The position numbers and the translations under genes were made by a program. A model generated the notes under the pieces. That model searched no databases. It saw only the letters and a list, made by a program, of their open reading frames with translations, and had not been told where the DNA came from. A DNA stretch of 32,000 nt from Phycisphaera mikurensis NBRC 102666 (GTDB lineage Bacteria; Planctomycetota; Phycisphaerae; Phycisphaerales; Phycisphaeraceae), in contig NC_017080.1 in NCBI RefSeq assembly GCF_000284115.1, positions 1,200,001-1,232,000 of the forward strand, given 5' to 3'. Shown here piece after piece: positions 15,735 to 24,489 of the stretch; within the stretch, counting starts at the first letter, position 1; each line of letters opens with the position of its first letter.

Positions 15735-16427
15735 TCACCCGGCCGGAAAACGCTCCGCCAGCCCGGCCCGCAGCGTCGCCGCGACGCCGCTCTCGCTCGC
15801 CGTGGCATCGATCAGGAGGTGGCCCGCGGGGTCGGCCTCCGCCTGCGCCAGGAAGCCCGCACGCACCCGCTCCTGGTAGCCGGCGTCGCGGCTCTCCACC
15901 CGGTCCAGCAGCGGGTTCAGGCGTGACGACGCGGTCACCGGGTCGACGTCGAAGATCACGACCAGGTCGGGTCGGCAGCCGCCGAGCGCCACCTCGCCCA
16001 CGCCGCGGATCTCCGCGAGCGGGAGCCCGCCGGCGGTGCCCTGGTACGCCAGCGTCGACGAGAGGAAGCGGTCGGCCAGCACCAGGTGGCCCGCGGCCAG
16101 CGCCGGCCGGATCCGCTGGGCGACCAGCTGGGCCCGCGACGCCATGAACAGCAGCATCTCCGCCCGCGTGTCCATCGCCCCGCAGCGCTCGTCGGGGTAG
16201 TTGAGCACCAGGTTCCGCACGCGTTCTCCCACCTCCGTCCCGCCCGGCTCGCGCACGGTCGTCACGAAGAGCCCGTCCTTCTCCGCCGCCGACTGGAACC
16301 GCCGCAGCTGCGTGCTCTTGCCCGCCCCGTCGGGCCCGTCGAACACGAGGAAGCGGCCCGCCAGCGGGCGCGACCAGCCCGGAGCGGCCGGCGGCGAGCG
16401 GGTGGTGGAGGTCGCGGCCTGCGGCAT
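15735..16427 (-). CDS. tmk: Thymidylate kinase
   Basis: P-loop FLVFDGPDGAGKSTQ, REPGGT, and the LID-region context LADRFLSSTLAYQG. ATG at 16427 (a TTG at 16460 is also possible). Confidence 0.88.
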   Translation of the reverse strand: MPQAATSTTRSPPAAPGWSRPLAGRFLVFDGPDGAGKSTQLRRFQSAAEKDGLFVTTVREPGGTEVGERVRNLVLNYPDERCGAMDTRAEMLLFMASRAQLVAQRIRPALAAGHLVLADRFLSSTLAYQGTAGGLPLAEIRGVGEVALGGCRPDLVVIFDVDPVTASSRLNPLLDRVESRDAGYQERVRAGFLAQAEADPAGHLLIDATASESGVAATLRAGLAERFPAG

Positions 16428-16475
16428 CCCGGCGAGGGTAAAGGCGCAGGGCAGCGGCAAGCCGCTACGCGGCGG

Positions 16476-16674
16476 GAAGAGACGAAGAGACGGAGAGACG
16501 AAGAGACGAAGAGACGGAGACAGGCAGGGAGGAAAAGGGGGCCGCGGTCGGATCTGTCCGTCTTCGTCTCTTCGTCTCTTGCTCGCACCCCATCGGCCCG
16601 CGGATGTCTGCGGCGCGATCCCGACGCCGCGGCCCCCGAATCGGCTCGCCTCGCGCGTCTTCGTCTCTTCGTCC
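16476..16674. repeat. 8-bp-period repeat element forming a long imperfect palindrome (GAAGAGAC units) in a divergent intergenic region
   Basis: Left arm gaagagac gaagagac ggagagac gaagagac gaagagac ggagac (16476-16521). Spacer with caggcaggg (16521-16529). Right arm gtccgtcttc gtctcttc gtctcttg (16556-16581), complementary to the left units (15 of 16 nt for 16500-16515 vs 16566-16581). A further partial copy gtcttcgtctcttcgtcc lies at 16657-16674. Confidence 0.85.
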
Positions 16675-16692
16675 CCGCTCTACCTTCCGCCC

Positions 16693-17331
16693 GTGCCCCA
16701 AGCCCCCGAGCCCCCGAACTATCTCACCCCCTACGTCGACGCGGAGAAACGCCTCGGCCCCGGCTTCGAGGCCACGCTGTGGGCACGCCGGGAGACGCAG
16801 GAGATCCGCTTCCGCGTCTTCGCCGAGCAGCTGGACCTGAGCGGCAAGACGATCCTCGACGCCGGCTGCGGGCCCGGCGACTTCGCGGCGTGGCTGCAGA
16901 CGCACGGCATCGGCTACGGCCGCTACGTCGGCATCGACGGCGTGGAGCCCGTCGTGGAGCACGCCAACGCCCGCGGCCTTCCCGACGCGGAGTTCCGCGC
17001 CGGCGACCTGGTGACCGACGCGGCGCTGCTGGCCACCGGCTCGCCCGAGGTCACGATCATCTCCGGCACGCTCAACACGATGGACCTCGCCACCGCGACC
17101 CGCGTGCTGGAAAACGCCTGGGCCGGCACCTCCTCCGTGCTCGCCTTCAACTTCCTCCCCGACACCGCCGGCCCCGGCGCCACCCCGCAGCTGCACCCCG
17201 CCGTCCGCCTGCCCACGATGCACCTGCTCGCCTGGGCTCTCGCCCAGACGTGGGACGTCCTCTACCGCCAGGACTACTTCGCCCACGGCCACGACGGCAC
17301 CGTCGTGATGCGCAAGCACGCCAGGGCGTAG
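16693..17331 (+). CDS. Class I SAM-dependent methyltransferase
   Basis: Motif I ILDAGCGPGDF, then YVGIDGVEPVVEHA. GTG start at 16693 (VPQAPEPPNYLTPYVD...). The upstream part of track ORF 16201.. runs through repeats and the tmk antisense strand. Confidence 0.7.
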   Translation: MPQAPEPPNYLTPYVDAEKRLGPGFEATLWARRETQEIRFRVFAEQLDLSGKTILDAGCGPGDFAAWLQTHGIGYGRYVGIDGVEPVVEHANARGLPDAEFRAGDLVTDAALLATGSPEVTIISGTLNTMDLATATRVLENAWAGTSSVLAFNFLPDTAGPGATPQLHPAVRLPTMHLLAWALAQTWDVLYRQDYFAHGHDGTVVMRKHARA

Positions 17332-17662
17332 CGGGCACACCCCGTGCGCCCTCTCGGGGCGTCGCGGATCGTGATCGGTTCCGCCGCGGATACGCCACGG
17401 TCCGCGGATCCCGCTTGCTCGGCCTCGGGCCACCGCACACGGCGGGTGTCTGCTGCTCGGGCCGAGCATGAGCGACGGAGCCCCCGGCGGCGCGGCTCGG
17501 CAGCGGGGCGGTGGGGCTGGCGGGTTCTGCCCGCCGGTGCTCGCCGGGGCGGGGCCGCCCGCTCCCTCGCGCGGTGCGCGCTCACCTCCTGATCGTCGCC
17601 CGTGGCCGTGGAACGCCGTCGGAGCGGGCGTTCGACAAATCCGCTCTGCGCGGCCGGCCGGC

Positions 17663-18442
17663 TCAGAACACCTCGTCGTAGCGGACCGCCGCCGCCCGGA
17701 TGCCGTCGAAAAATCTCAACAGCCGCGGGTCCTCCAGCAGGCGGCGGTCGCCGCTGCGGATCGCCGCGGTGCGACCCGGCGGCGCCTCGGGCCCGCACCA
17801 GGCGGCGGCCTCGGCGTCGTCGAGCATCGGGTGGGTCACGAGCAGGTGGCGGCCCGGCGGGGCCGCACGCAGGCGATCCAGCAGGCGTTGGGCCGGGTCC
17901 GTCTCCGCGTCGTCGGCGGCCCCCGGGATCGGCGGGAGCGGGGGGACCCGGCCCTCGACAAGCAGGAGGTTCTCGCGTTCGGCGAGATCGATCAGGCGGA
18001 CCCGCAGGCCCGGCAGCCAGCCGACGCCCATGTGCTCGTCGAGGTACACCGGCCGCAGCCCCGCCGCCCGGACGCGGCCCAGCTGGGCCCGCACCTCCGC
18101 CACCGCTTCCTCCGGGTCGAAGCGCCGCTCGTGCAGGTCCATCGGCGTGGGGAGGAAGCACCCGTCGGGCCCCACGAGCGAGGGCACGCGGCTCGGCGAG
18201 AGCACGGGCCCGAACCGCGGGTGCGTCCACTCGCTGTTGAGGCAGGCGTGCAGGCCGATGCACAGCGCCGGCCGCGTGCGGAAGCGGTCGGCGGCGTCCG
18301 CCAGCGCCGGCCCGCAGCCCATCACCGAGGCGTTCCGCAGGGTGCCGCGGTCGTGGCAGCCGGCGATGGCCGCGTTGGCGCTGCGGCCTGCGCCGGCATC
18401 GTCGCCCCGAGTCACCAGCTCGATCCGCGGGCGGTGGATCAA
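17663..18442 (-). CDS. YdjC/ChbG-family carbohydrate deacetylase-like protein
   Basis: N-terminal LVTRGDDAGAGRSANAAIAGCHDRGTLRNASVM matches the YdjC pattern (ADDFG..s.N.gI......G....s.M). GLHACLNSEW and YLDEHMGV are also present. First start is TTG at 18442 (GTG at 18415 is an alternative). Confidence 0.7.
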   Translation of the reverse strand: MIHRPRIELVTRGDDAGAGRSANAAIAGCHDRGTLRNASVMGCGPALADAADRFRTRPALCIGLHACLNSEWTHPRFGPVLSPSRVPSLVGPDGCFLPTPMDLHERRFDPEEAVAEVRAQLGRVRAAGLRPVYLDEHMGVGWLPGLRVRLIDLAERENLLLVEGRVPPLPPIPGAADDAETDPAQRLLDRLRAAPPGRHLLVTHPMLDDAEAAAWCGPEAPPGRTAAIRSGDRRLLEDPRLLRFFDGIRAAAVRYDEVF

Positions 18443-18612
18443 CGGCGCACCTCCTCCATCCGGCGGCGCGGGTGCGTACGCCCCACCGGGCGGAACCGTG
18501 GCTCCTGCGGCGGCGCGGGTTCGGGAGCCGAGGTAAAGTCTCCGGGCACGGCCTCGGAGCGTCCGGTTTCCGCCCCGCGGAGGCGTGGCGGGTGTCCGGA
18601 GACTCCTCGAGC

Positions 18613-19653
18613 ATGAGCCCCATGGAGCGGATGAAGACGGTGGTGGTCGGGTGCGGCGGGATGAGCCGCACGTGGGTCCAGGAGGCGCTCGCCGCCGAGC
18701 GGATCGACCTGGTGGGTCTGGTGGACCTGGAGGCGGAGCGAGCCCGCGCGATGGCCGACAGCTTCGGCATCGATCAAGGAGCGTGCTTCCGATCGCTGGG
18801 CGAAGCCGTTCGAGCGACCGGCGCCGACGCGGTCTTCGACGTCACGGTGCCCGCGGCCCACGCGGCGGTGACGCTGGAGGCGCTGGAGCTGGGCTGCCAC
18901 GTGCTCGGCGAGAAGCCGATGAGCGACTCGCTCGAGAACGGCCGCCGGATGGTCGACGCGGCGCAAGCGGCGGGTCGGGTGTACGCCGTGACGCAGACGC
19001 GACGCGCGCTCCCGGGCGTGCTCTCGGTCGAGGCGTTCCTGCGGGAGGGCGGGCTCGGGGAGGTGGCGGAGCTGCACAGCGACTTCTACCTGGGGTGCCA
19101 CTTCGGCGGCTTCCGCGAGGAGATGGAGCACCCGCTGGTGCTGGACATGGCCATCCACACCTTCGACAACGCCCGCCAGATCTCCGGCCGCGAGCCGGTC
19201 ACGGTGTACGCGGAGAGCTGGAACCCGGCGCACTCCTGGTACCGGGGGGACGCCTCGGCTGTCGCCGTCTTCGAGATGACCGGCGGGCTCCGCTACACCT
19301 ACCGCGGCTCGTGGTGCAACGAGGGGAACCACACCTCCTGGGCGGGCGATTGGCGGGTTGCCGGGTCGCGCGGCTCGCTGGCCTGGGACGGGGCGGACGC
19401 CATGGAGGCGCAGCGCCTCGCGGCCGATCCCGGCGAGGGCTTCCATCGCGAGCTCGAGACGATCGACGTGCCGCGGGTGACGCTGGAGCACGAGGGCCAC
19501 GCCCACCTCATACGCCAATTCGCCGAGCACGTGTGCTCGGGCGGGCGTACGCCGCTCGCCTGCCCGGCGGCGGACAACCTGCCCAGCCTGGCGATGGTGC
19601 TCGCGGCGGTGGAGAGCCTCCGCACCGGCAACCGGGTGCCCGTGCGCTGGTGA
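18613..19653 (+). CDS. Gfo/Idh/MocA family NAD(P)-dependent oxidoreductase
   Basis: Rossmann N-terminus MKTVVVGCGGMSRTW and the family motif CHVLGEKPM. ATG at 18613 (MSPMERMKTVVVG). Confidence 0.85.
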   Translation: MSPMERMKTVVVGCGGMSRTWVQEALAAERIDLVGLVDLEAERARAMADSFGIDQGACFRSLGEAVRATGADAVFDVTVPAAHAAVTLEALELGCHVLGEKPMSDSLENGRRMVDAAQAAGRVYAVTQTRRALPGVLSVEAFLREGGLGEVAELHSDFYLGCHFGGFREEMEHPLVLDMAIHTFDNARQISGREPVTVYAESWNPAHSWYRGDASAVAVFEMTGGLRYTYRGSWCNEGNHTSWAGDWRVAGSRGSLAWDGADAMEAQRLAADPGEGFHRELETIDVPRVTLEHEGHAHLIRQFAEHVCSGGRTPLACPAADNLPSLAMVLAAVESLRTGNRVPVRW

Positions 19654-19654
19654 A

Positions 19655-19689
19655 CGCCGCCGGGCCGCGGGTCCCGCCACCCGGCGGCG
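19655..19689. terminator. Perfect 10-bp GC hairpin between convergent genes (candidate bidirectional terminator, no U-tract)
   Basis: cgccgccggg (19655-19664) and cccggcggcg (19680-19689) are exact reverse complements with a 15-nt loop. Located in the 71-nt gap between stops at 19653 (+) and 19725 (-). Confidence 0.4.
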
Positions 19690-19724
19690 ACTCGGCGTCT
19701 GGGCGGTCGGCCCCCGCAGGAGGC

Positions 19725-20702
19725 TCACCCGCTCAACCCGGGCTCGTCGAGTCTCACCACCCGGTTTCCCTCGGCCGAGCGGAAGACGGCCTCGGCCACC
19801 CGCATCACCTCCAGCCCCCAGGCGACATCGCAGTGCGGCTCACCTTCGCCGCGGATGGCCGCCCGCCAGCGGGCGCGGAGGTCAACGGCGGGCCGCAGCT
19901 CGGCGGGCTCGCGGTCCTGGCCCAACGACGCCGCGTCGACGCCGCGGCCCCACTCGTCGGTGGCGCCGCCGCCGGCGGTGCCGTGCAGGCCCCTGGAGAA
20001 GTTCGGCGTGGCGCTGCGCCAGGAGCCCTCGTGCTGGCCCACGGCGCCGCTCTTGAACGAGAGCGTCACCCAGATGTGGTCGTTGGCGCGCGGCCCGTGC
20101 GTCAGCGTGGTGCGGGTCACCGCATGAACGGACGACACCGCGCCGGCAACATGCATCATCCAGTCGATCTCGTGGACGTTGACCTCCAGCAGCAGCCCGC
20201 CGGAGCGGCCCGGATCGGCACGCCAGCCTCCGAAGGCGTCGTCGGGGAGAAACATCAGCCGGCGGCTCCAGATCGAGATCAGCTCGCCCACGCGGCCGCT
20301 GTCCAGGAGGTGCTTGAGCGTCTGGGCCTCGCGGGACAGCCGCGGCGAGAAACCCACCGCGGAGGCGACGCCCGCATCGGTCACCGCCGCCGCGATCCGG
20401 CGGGCGTCTGCAAGGCAGAGGCCCAACGGCTTCTCGCAGAAGAGGTGCTTCCCGGCCTCGGCCACGGCGATGGCGTGCTCGGCGTGCAGGAAGTTCGGCG
20501 AGGAGACCACCACCGCGTCGACGTCATCGAGCATCTCCTCGAAGCCGCGGACGTGATGGGCTCCCGTCTCCTCCGCGAGCGCACGACCGGGCCCCTCGGC
20601 CGGATCGGCCACGGCGACCACCTCCGCCTCCCCGGAATCGCGATGCGCGTGAGCGTGGGTCCTCGCGTTGGGTCCAGCGCCGATGATGCCGATGCGGATC
20701 AA
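19725..20702 (-). CDS. Gfo/Idh/MocA family NAD(P)-dependent oxidoreductase
   Basis: LIRIGIIGAGPNARTHAHA Rossmann N-terminus, VVVSSPNFLHAEHAIAVAEAGKHLFCEKPL. TTG at 20702 forms a TTGA overlap with the stop of the upstream GH9-like gene (20699-20701). The longer track ORF (to 21131) overlaps that gene. Confidence 0.8.
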   Translation of the reverse strand: MIRIGIIGAGPNARTHAHAHRDSGEAEVVAVADPAEGPGRALAEETGAHHVRGFEEMLDDVDAVVVSSPNFLHAEHAIAVAEAGKHLFCEKPLGLCLADARRIAAAVTDAGVASAVGFSPRLSREAQTLKHLLDSGRVGELISIWSRRLMFLPDDAFGGWRADPGRSGGLLLEVNVHEIDWMMHVAGAVSSVHAVTRTTLTHGPRANDHIWVTLSFKSGAVGQHEGSWRSATPNFSRGLHGTAGGGATDEWGRGVDAASLGQDREPAELRPAVDLRARWRAAIRGEGEPHCDVAWGLEVMRVAEAVFRSAEGNRVVRLDEPGLSG

Positions 20703-23700
20703 GACGGCTCCTCCGCCTCGCCGCTTCGTTCGCGGGCCGCGAGGTAGCCCCAGGTGTACGCGACGCGGTGGAAGGTCTGGTGGATCGTGTACTCGTTCAT
20801 CGGCGGCCACCCGAAGATGTCCACGTAGAACTCGGAGGTCGGCCACGCGCGAGAGTCGGGGTGCATGACGCCGGCGAGCCGCCAGGTGTGCGCCCAGTCG
20901 AAGGCTCCGCCGGCGAGCTGCGGGTCGCTGGGGCCGTACACGGTGATGCCCGGCGGCGGGGCGTGGCCGGTGTGGTGGCTGTCCATGTGCAGCGGCCAGC
21001 GGGGGCTGCGGTGGCCAAGACCGGTGGTGAGGGTGCGGTTCATCGGATTCGCCCCGGCGGCGAAGTCGCACGAGCGGATGGTCGCGGCGAGGAAGCGCTC
21101 CTCGCCGGTAAGCGCGTGCGCCCGCACGCACACCTCGCTGAGGATCCCCGGCGTGGAGAAGTAGCCGAGCCAGCCCATCACCGGCAGGCTCGGGATGTCG
21201 GTGGTGAGGCCGAAGGCATTGCCTTCGGCGAACGCGATGGCCCGCTCGGCCGCCTCAAGGATCTGCGCCCGGGCGGCGTCGGCCAGCGCGGGATCGGCCA
21301 GCGAAGCCGGCAGCCGCGCGTACGCGAACGCCGCGTCGTGCTGCTCCAGCGCGTTCCCGGGGTGGCCGGCGAGCGTCGAGGTGTCGCGGAACGCTTGGTG
21401 GTACCGCGGCGCTTCGGTGAGGTTGTACAGCTCCACCGCCGCGAGCGAGCGGAAGGTGTCGCGGAGCGCCTCGACGTTGTTGCCGCCGCCACGCGCCGCG
21501 ACCTCCGCGGCGACGCGCGCCTCGTTGGCTTCCGCCCAGGCGAACGCACGCTCGGCGGCCTCGCGATGAGCAGCCGCAAGGGCCGGATCGGCAACCGCGA
21601 GCACGCGGGCGGCCTTGGCGGCCACCGCGGCGAAGTGGTAGCTGCTGACGTGATCGGGCGCGAAGACGCCCACCAGGAGCGTCTCCTGCCAGCTCGCCTC
21701 GCCGTGCCGCGGGTGGGCCGCGGACTCAATGCCGCCGCGGACGCCGCCCTCGGACGTCTGGAGCCGGCGGAACAGGTCGACGGTCCACAGCGCCTCGTTG
21801 GCGACGTCCGGCAGCGCGTCCGAGGCCTCGTCTTCGGGCAGGGCCAGGGAGATCCGCGTGAAGAACTCCGGGTGCAGCTCGACGGCCTCGAGCAACAGGT
21901 ACGCGGTCTTGAGGTGGTTGCGGTTGCGGTCCCAATCGCCCGCGTCCATGTGCCCGCCCCAGGCTTCAGGCGCCACGGTCAGCCGGCCGGTGTCCAGGCC
22001 GTCGCCGAGCTGCCGCTGCAGGTCCTCCAGCACCGCCTTGGCCTCCCCCTCCAGCGTGGTGACGCCGAGCTGATAAACGTCGAAGCCGTCGTCGGGGTGC
22101 ATCGGCCGCGGACGCTCGTACGGCAACAGCGGCGGGCCCAGCGCGATCCCGCTGCGGTGGGCAAGGAGGCCGCGCATCGCGACGCGGAGCGCGTCCATCC
22201 AGGCTTCGTGCCGGATCTCGAAGGGGAAGCTGCAGCCAAGCCCGGGGACGTGGACGCGGTACGTGCCGGGCGTCCGAAAGTCGCTGAAATCCAGGTGGAA
22301 GACGTCGGTGAGGCTGTGATTCCGGTCGCCCTGGAGGCTCTCTGCCGTGTCCTGCGCCACCCCCATCCGGACCTCGCCCCGGAAGACCGTTTCGTCGTTG
22401 CGCTCGTCGAGCAGTTCGAAGCGCTCCACCGCGTCGAAAGCGACGCCACCGCCGTCGCCGGTCCAGTGCGAGAGGTAGGCCCGCTTGTGTGGGTCGTCGG
22501 GGCGGTAGCCGATCTGCGAGACGTGGATGGCGGGGCTCCGCTCGACGCGGGGCGCGTGCGTGTACGTGACCTCCTGCTGCGCCGTGTTCAACCCCGGGAA
22601 GCCGATCCGGACCGTCTGGCCCGCCTCCAGCGGCGCCGGCAGGCGGAGCGCGATGCGGTGCTCCGTCTCCACCCGCTCGGCCGTCTCCAGGTTCGGCGCA
22701 ACGGGGCGGCTCTTGCGGTGGACCTCCTCGGGCTCGACGCCCTCGGCCGCAGCGTTCCCAATGCCCATCAATCGGTAGGCCGCGGGCAGGTCGACCGTGA
22801 GCGGCTCGAGCAAGAGCCCCTCGAAGTCGACCTCCGGCCACAGCACGTCCTGGTCGCCCACCACGTAGCCGGCGGAGCGGAGCTCGCCCTTGTCGTTCTT
22901 CCGCATCAACCGGACGTTCTCCGCCGCAACCACGACGCGGCCGTCCAGCCGGCGCAGCGTCGGGTTCTCGTCGGGCCGCAACTCGTCGCCGGGCTGCTTG
23001 ATGTAGGGCTGCTGCGGCTGCCGGATCGTCCGCCCGGCGTGGATCTCGACCTCCAGCAGATCCGCCCCGACGGGTCGGACGGCCACCACCCGCGGAGCGT
23101 CCTCGCCACGCTGTGGGTTGGCGAGTGCGGCCTCGACGGCGAGGCGGTGGGCTTCGGCTTCCTCGGCTCGCCGCCGCGTCCGCTCCGCCTGCTCGGCGAG
23201 AACCTCGGGCCCGGGCTCCACCAGGCGGATCTCCCGGATCGTCAGGTCGACCGGATCCTTGGTCCAGTCGCCGAGCACCTGCACCGAGGTGATGGCCGCG
23301 GGATCGAACGTCCCGGAGCCCTCCACGCGGCTGGGGTCCTGGAGGGTGGCACCCTCTCGCGGCGTCACCTCCACCTCCTCGGTTCCAGCGTCCCGCGGCA
23401 GGTCGTAGCGGAAGACGTGCTTCGCGTCGTCGGCGAGGATCTGCAGCGTGAGCGACGAGGTCCGGTTCGTTGCGCCGGGCCGGAGCCGGATCTCCGGGAC
23501 CCGCGCACCGAGCCCGGACAGATCCAGCTTCTCGTGGATGCCCGCGCCACCCCGGGCGGTGGAACCGCTCAGCCGCACGCCGCTCTGGCTGCCCCCGGTG
23601 GCGTCGAGCGCGCCGAAGTCGTAGTCGAATCCGTCCTCGGCCCGGAACAGCACCGAGGCGAGCTCCGCGTCCCGCCGGTCCACTTCCACCACCTCCAGGT

Positions 23701-24202
23701 CGTCGACCCAGAGCGTTCCGCGGCCCTGCAGAAGGATCATCAGCAGCCCGTCGGCGGCCCCCTCCGGAACCTCCACCCGGCGCTCGAAGCTGCGCCACGC
23801 CCGCCCGCCCGACCACCGGCTCAGTTCCACCCAGGCGAGCTGCTCGTACGACGCGTCGCGCAGCGACACCGCGACGCTCGCGAGGTCGACGTCGCCGCTG
23901 GAGCGGACCTTCCCTCGAACCAGGAACGCGCCGGGTGCGAGATCTTCGAGCCGCTGCGACACGCTTCCGGAGACCGGCCCGCCCGCGGCTTCGAGCCGCA
24001 GCGAGGCGGGCGCACTCGCGAAGTCGGCGGTGTCGCGGACCACGCTCAGCTCGCCGCGGTCGACGCTCGGTTCGCTCCAGGCGGCGGCCCCCGTGGGGCC
24101 GGCCGCCTCGGTGAAGGAACCGTTCTGGATCGCGGGCAGAGCCCGGCTCGGCACGGCCGCAGCGAGTGCCAGAACAGCGAGCGGAAGCAGGCGCAGAAGC
24201 AT
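20699..24202 (-). CDS. Secreted glycoside hydrolase family 9-like protein with CBM-like N-terminal domain and CelD_N-type Ig-like domain
   Basis: ATG at 24202 gives the signal peptide MLLRLLPLAVLALAAAVPSRALP. The N-terminal NGSFTE...LRLEA...GTLWVDDLEVVEV resembles CBM4_9-type modules. IHVSQIGYRPDDPHKRAYLS resembles the GH9 Ig-like N domain. Catalytic-region motifs WGGHMDAGDWDRN (DAGD) and PPMNEYTIHQ (C-terminal Glu). Confidence 0.8.
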   Translation of the reverse strand: MLLRLLPLAVLALAAAVPSRALPAIQNGSFTEAAGPTGAAAWSEPSVDRGELSVVRDTADFASAPASLRLEAAGGPVSGSVSQRLEDLAPGAFLVRGKVRSSGDVDLASVAVSLRDASYEQLAWVELSRWSGGRAWRSFERRVEVPEGAADGLLMILLQGRGTLWVDDLEVVEVDRRDAELASVLFRAEDGFDYDFGALDATGGSQSGVRLSGSTARGGAGIHEKLDLSGLGARVPEIRLRPGATNRTSSLTLQILADDAKHVFRYDLPRDAGTEEVEVTPREGATLQDPSRVEGSGTFDPAAITSVQVLGDWTKDPVDLTIREIRLVEPGPEVLAEQAERTRRRAEEAEAHRLAVEAALANPQRGEDAPRVVAVRPVGADLLEVEIHAGRTIRQPQQPYIKQPGDELRPDENPTLRRLDGRVVVAAENVRLMRKNDKGELRSAGYVVGDQDVLWPEVDFEGLLLEPLTVDLPAAYRLMGIGNAAAEGVEPEEVHRKSRPVAPNLETAERVETEHRIALRLPAPLEAGQTVRIGFPGLNTAQQEVTYTHAPRVERSPAIHVSQIGYRPDDPHKRAYLSHWTGDGGGVAFDAVERFELLDERNDETVFRGEVRMGVAQDTAESLQGDRNHSLTDVFHLDFSDFRTPGTYRVHVPGLGCSFPFEIRHEAWMDALRVAMRGLLAHRSGIALGPPLLPYERPRPMHPDDGFDVYQLGVTTLEGEAKAVLEDLQRQLGDGLDTGRLTVAPEAWGGHMDAGDWDRNRNHLKTAYLLLEAVELHPEFFTRISLALPEDEASDALPDVANEALWTVDLFRRLQTSEGGVRGGIESAAHPRHGEASWQETLLVGVFAPDHVSSYHFAAVAAKAARVLAVADPALAAAHREAAERAFAWAEANEARVAAEVAARGGGNNVEALRDTFRSLAAVELYNLTEAPRYHQAFRDTSTLAGHPGNALEQHDAAFAYARLPASLADPALADAARAQILEAAERAIAFAEGNAFGLTTDIPSLPVMGWLGYFSTPGILSEVCVRAHALTGEERFLAATIRSCDFAAGANPMNRTLTTGLGHRSPRWPLHMDSHHTGHAPPPGITVYGPSDPQLAGGAFDWAHTWRLAGVMHPDSRAWPTSEFYVDIFGWPPMNEYTIHQTFHRVAYTWGYLAARERSGEAEEPS

Positions 24203-24213
24203 GGGGGGTCCGA

Positions 24214-24489
24214 TCAGGCGGCGGTGTGCACCCGCGTGCAGCCGGCAAGGTGCTCGAAGCTGGCGGCGGCCGACGCGGCCGCGGACCCGGTGGGTTTGTC
24301 GGTCTCCACGACGACCCAGCCGCGGTATCCGCTGCGCCCGAGCTGGTGCTGCACAGCGGCGAAGTCGATCCCAACGTTGCCCCGTCCCAGCTCCACGAAA
24401 CGCCCCCCGCCGGGCTCCTCCCGCCAGTCCTTGAGGTGGATGTGGCGGATGTGCTCCTGGAAGGTCTGCAGAAACGCGATGGGGTCGCA
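24214..24489 (-). pseudogene. 5'-truncated remnant of a sugar phosphate isomerase/epimerase (xylose isomerase-like TIM barrel)
   Basis: Only the last ~90 aa look family-like: DPIAFLQTFQEHIRHIHLKDWREEPGGGRFVELGRGNVGIDFAAVQHQLGRSGYRGWVVVETD. The upstream part of the ORF (24490-24741) is not family-like. Only about 250 nt remain before the neighbouring gene's stop at 24749, so the N-terminal two thirds are absent. Confidence 0.5.

Noticed and set aside
16465-18770. ORFs 16465..17469 (-), 17274..18770 (-), 17468..18616 (+) and 17602..18240 (+)
   Set aside because: These are shadow frames of the methyltransferase and YdjC-like genes or of intergenic GC-rich sequence. Their composition is Arg/Pro/Gly-rich and no motifs are present.
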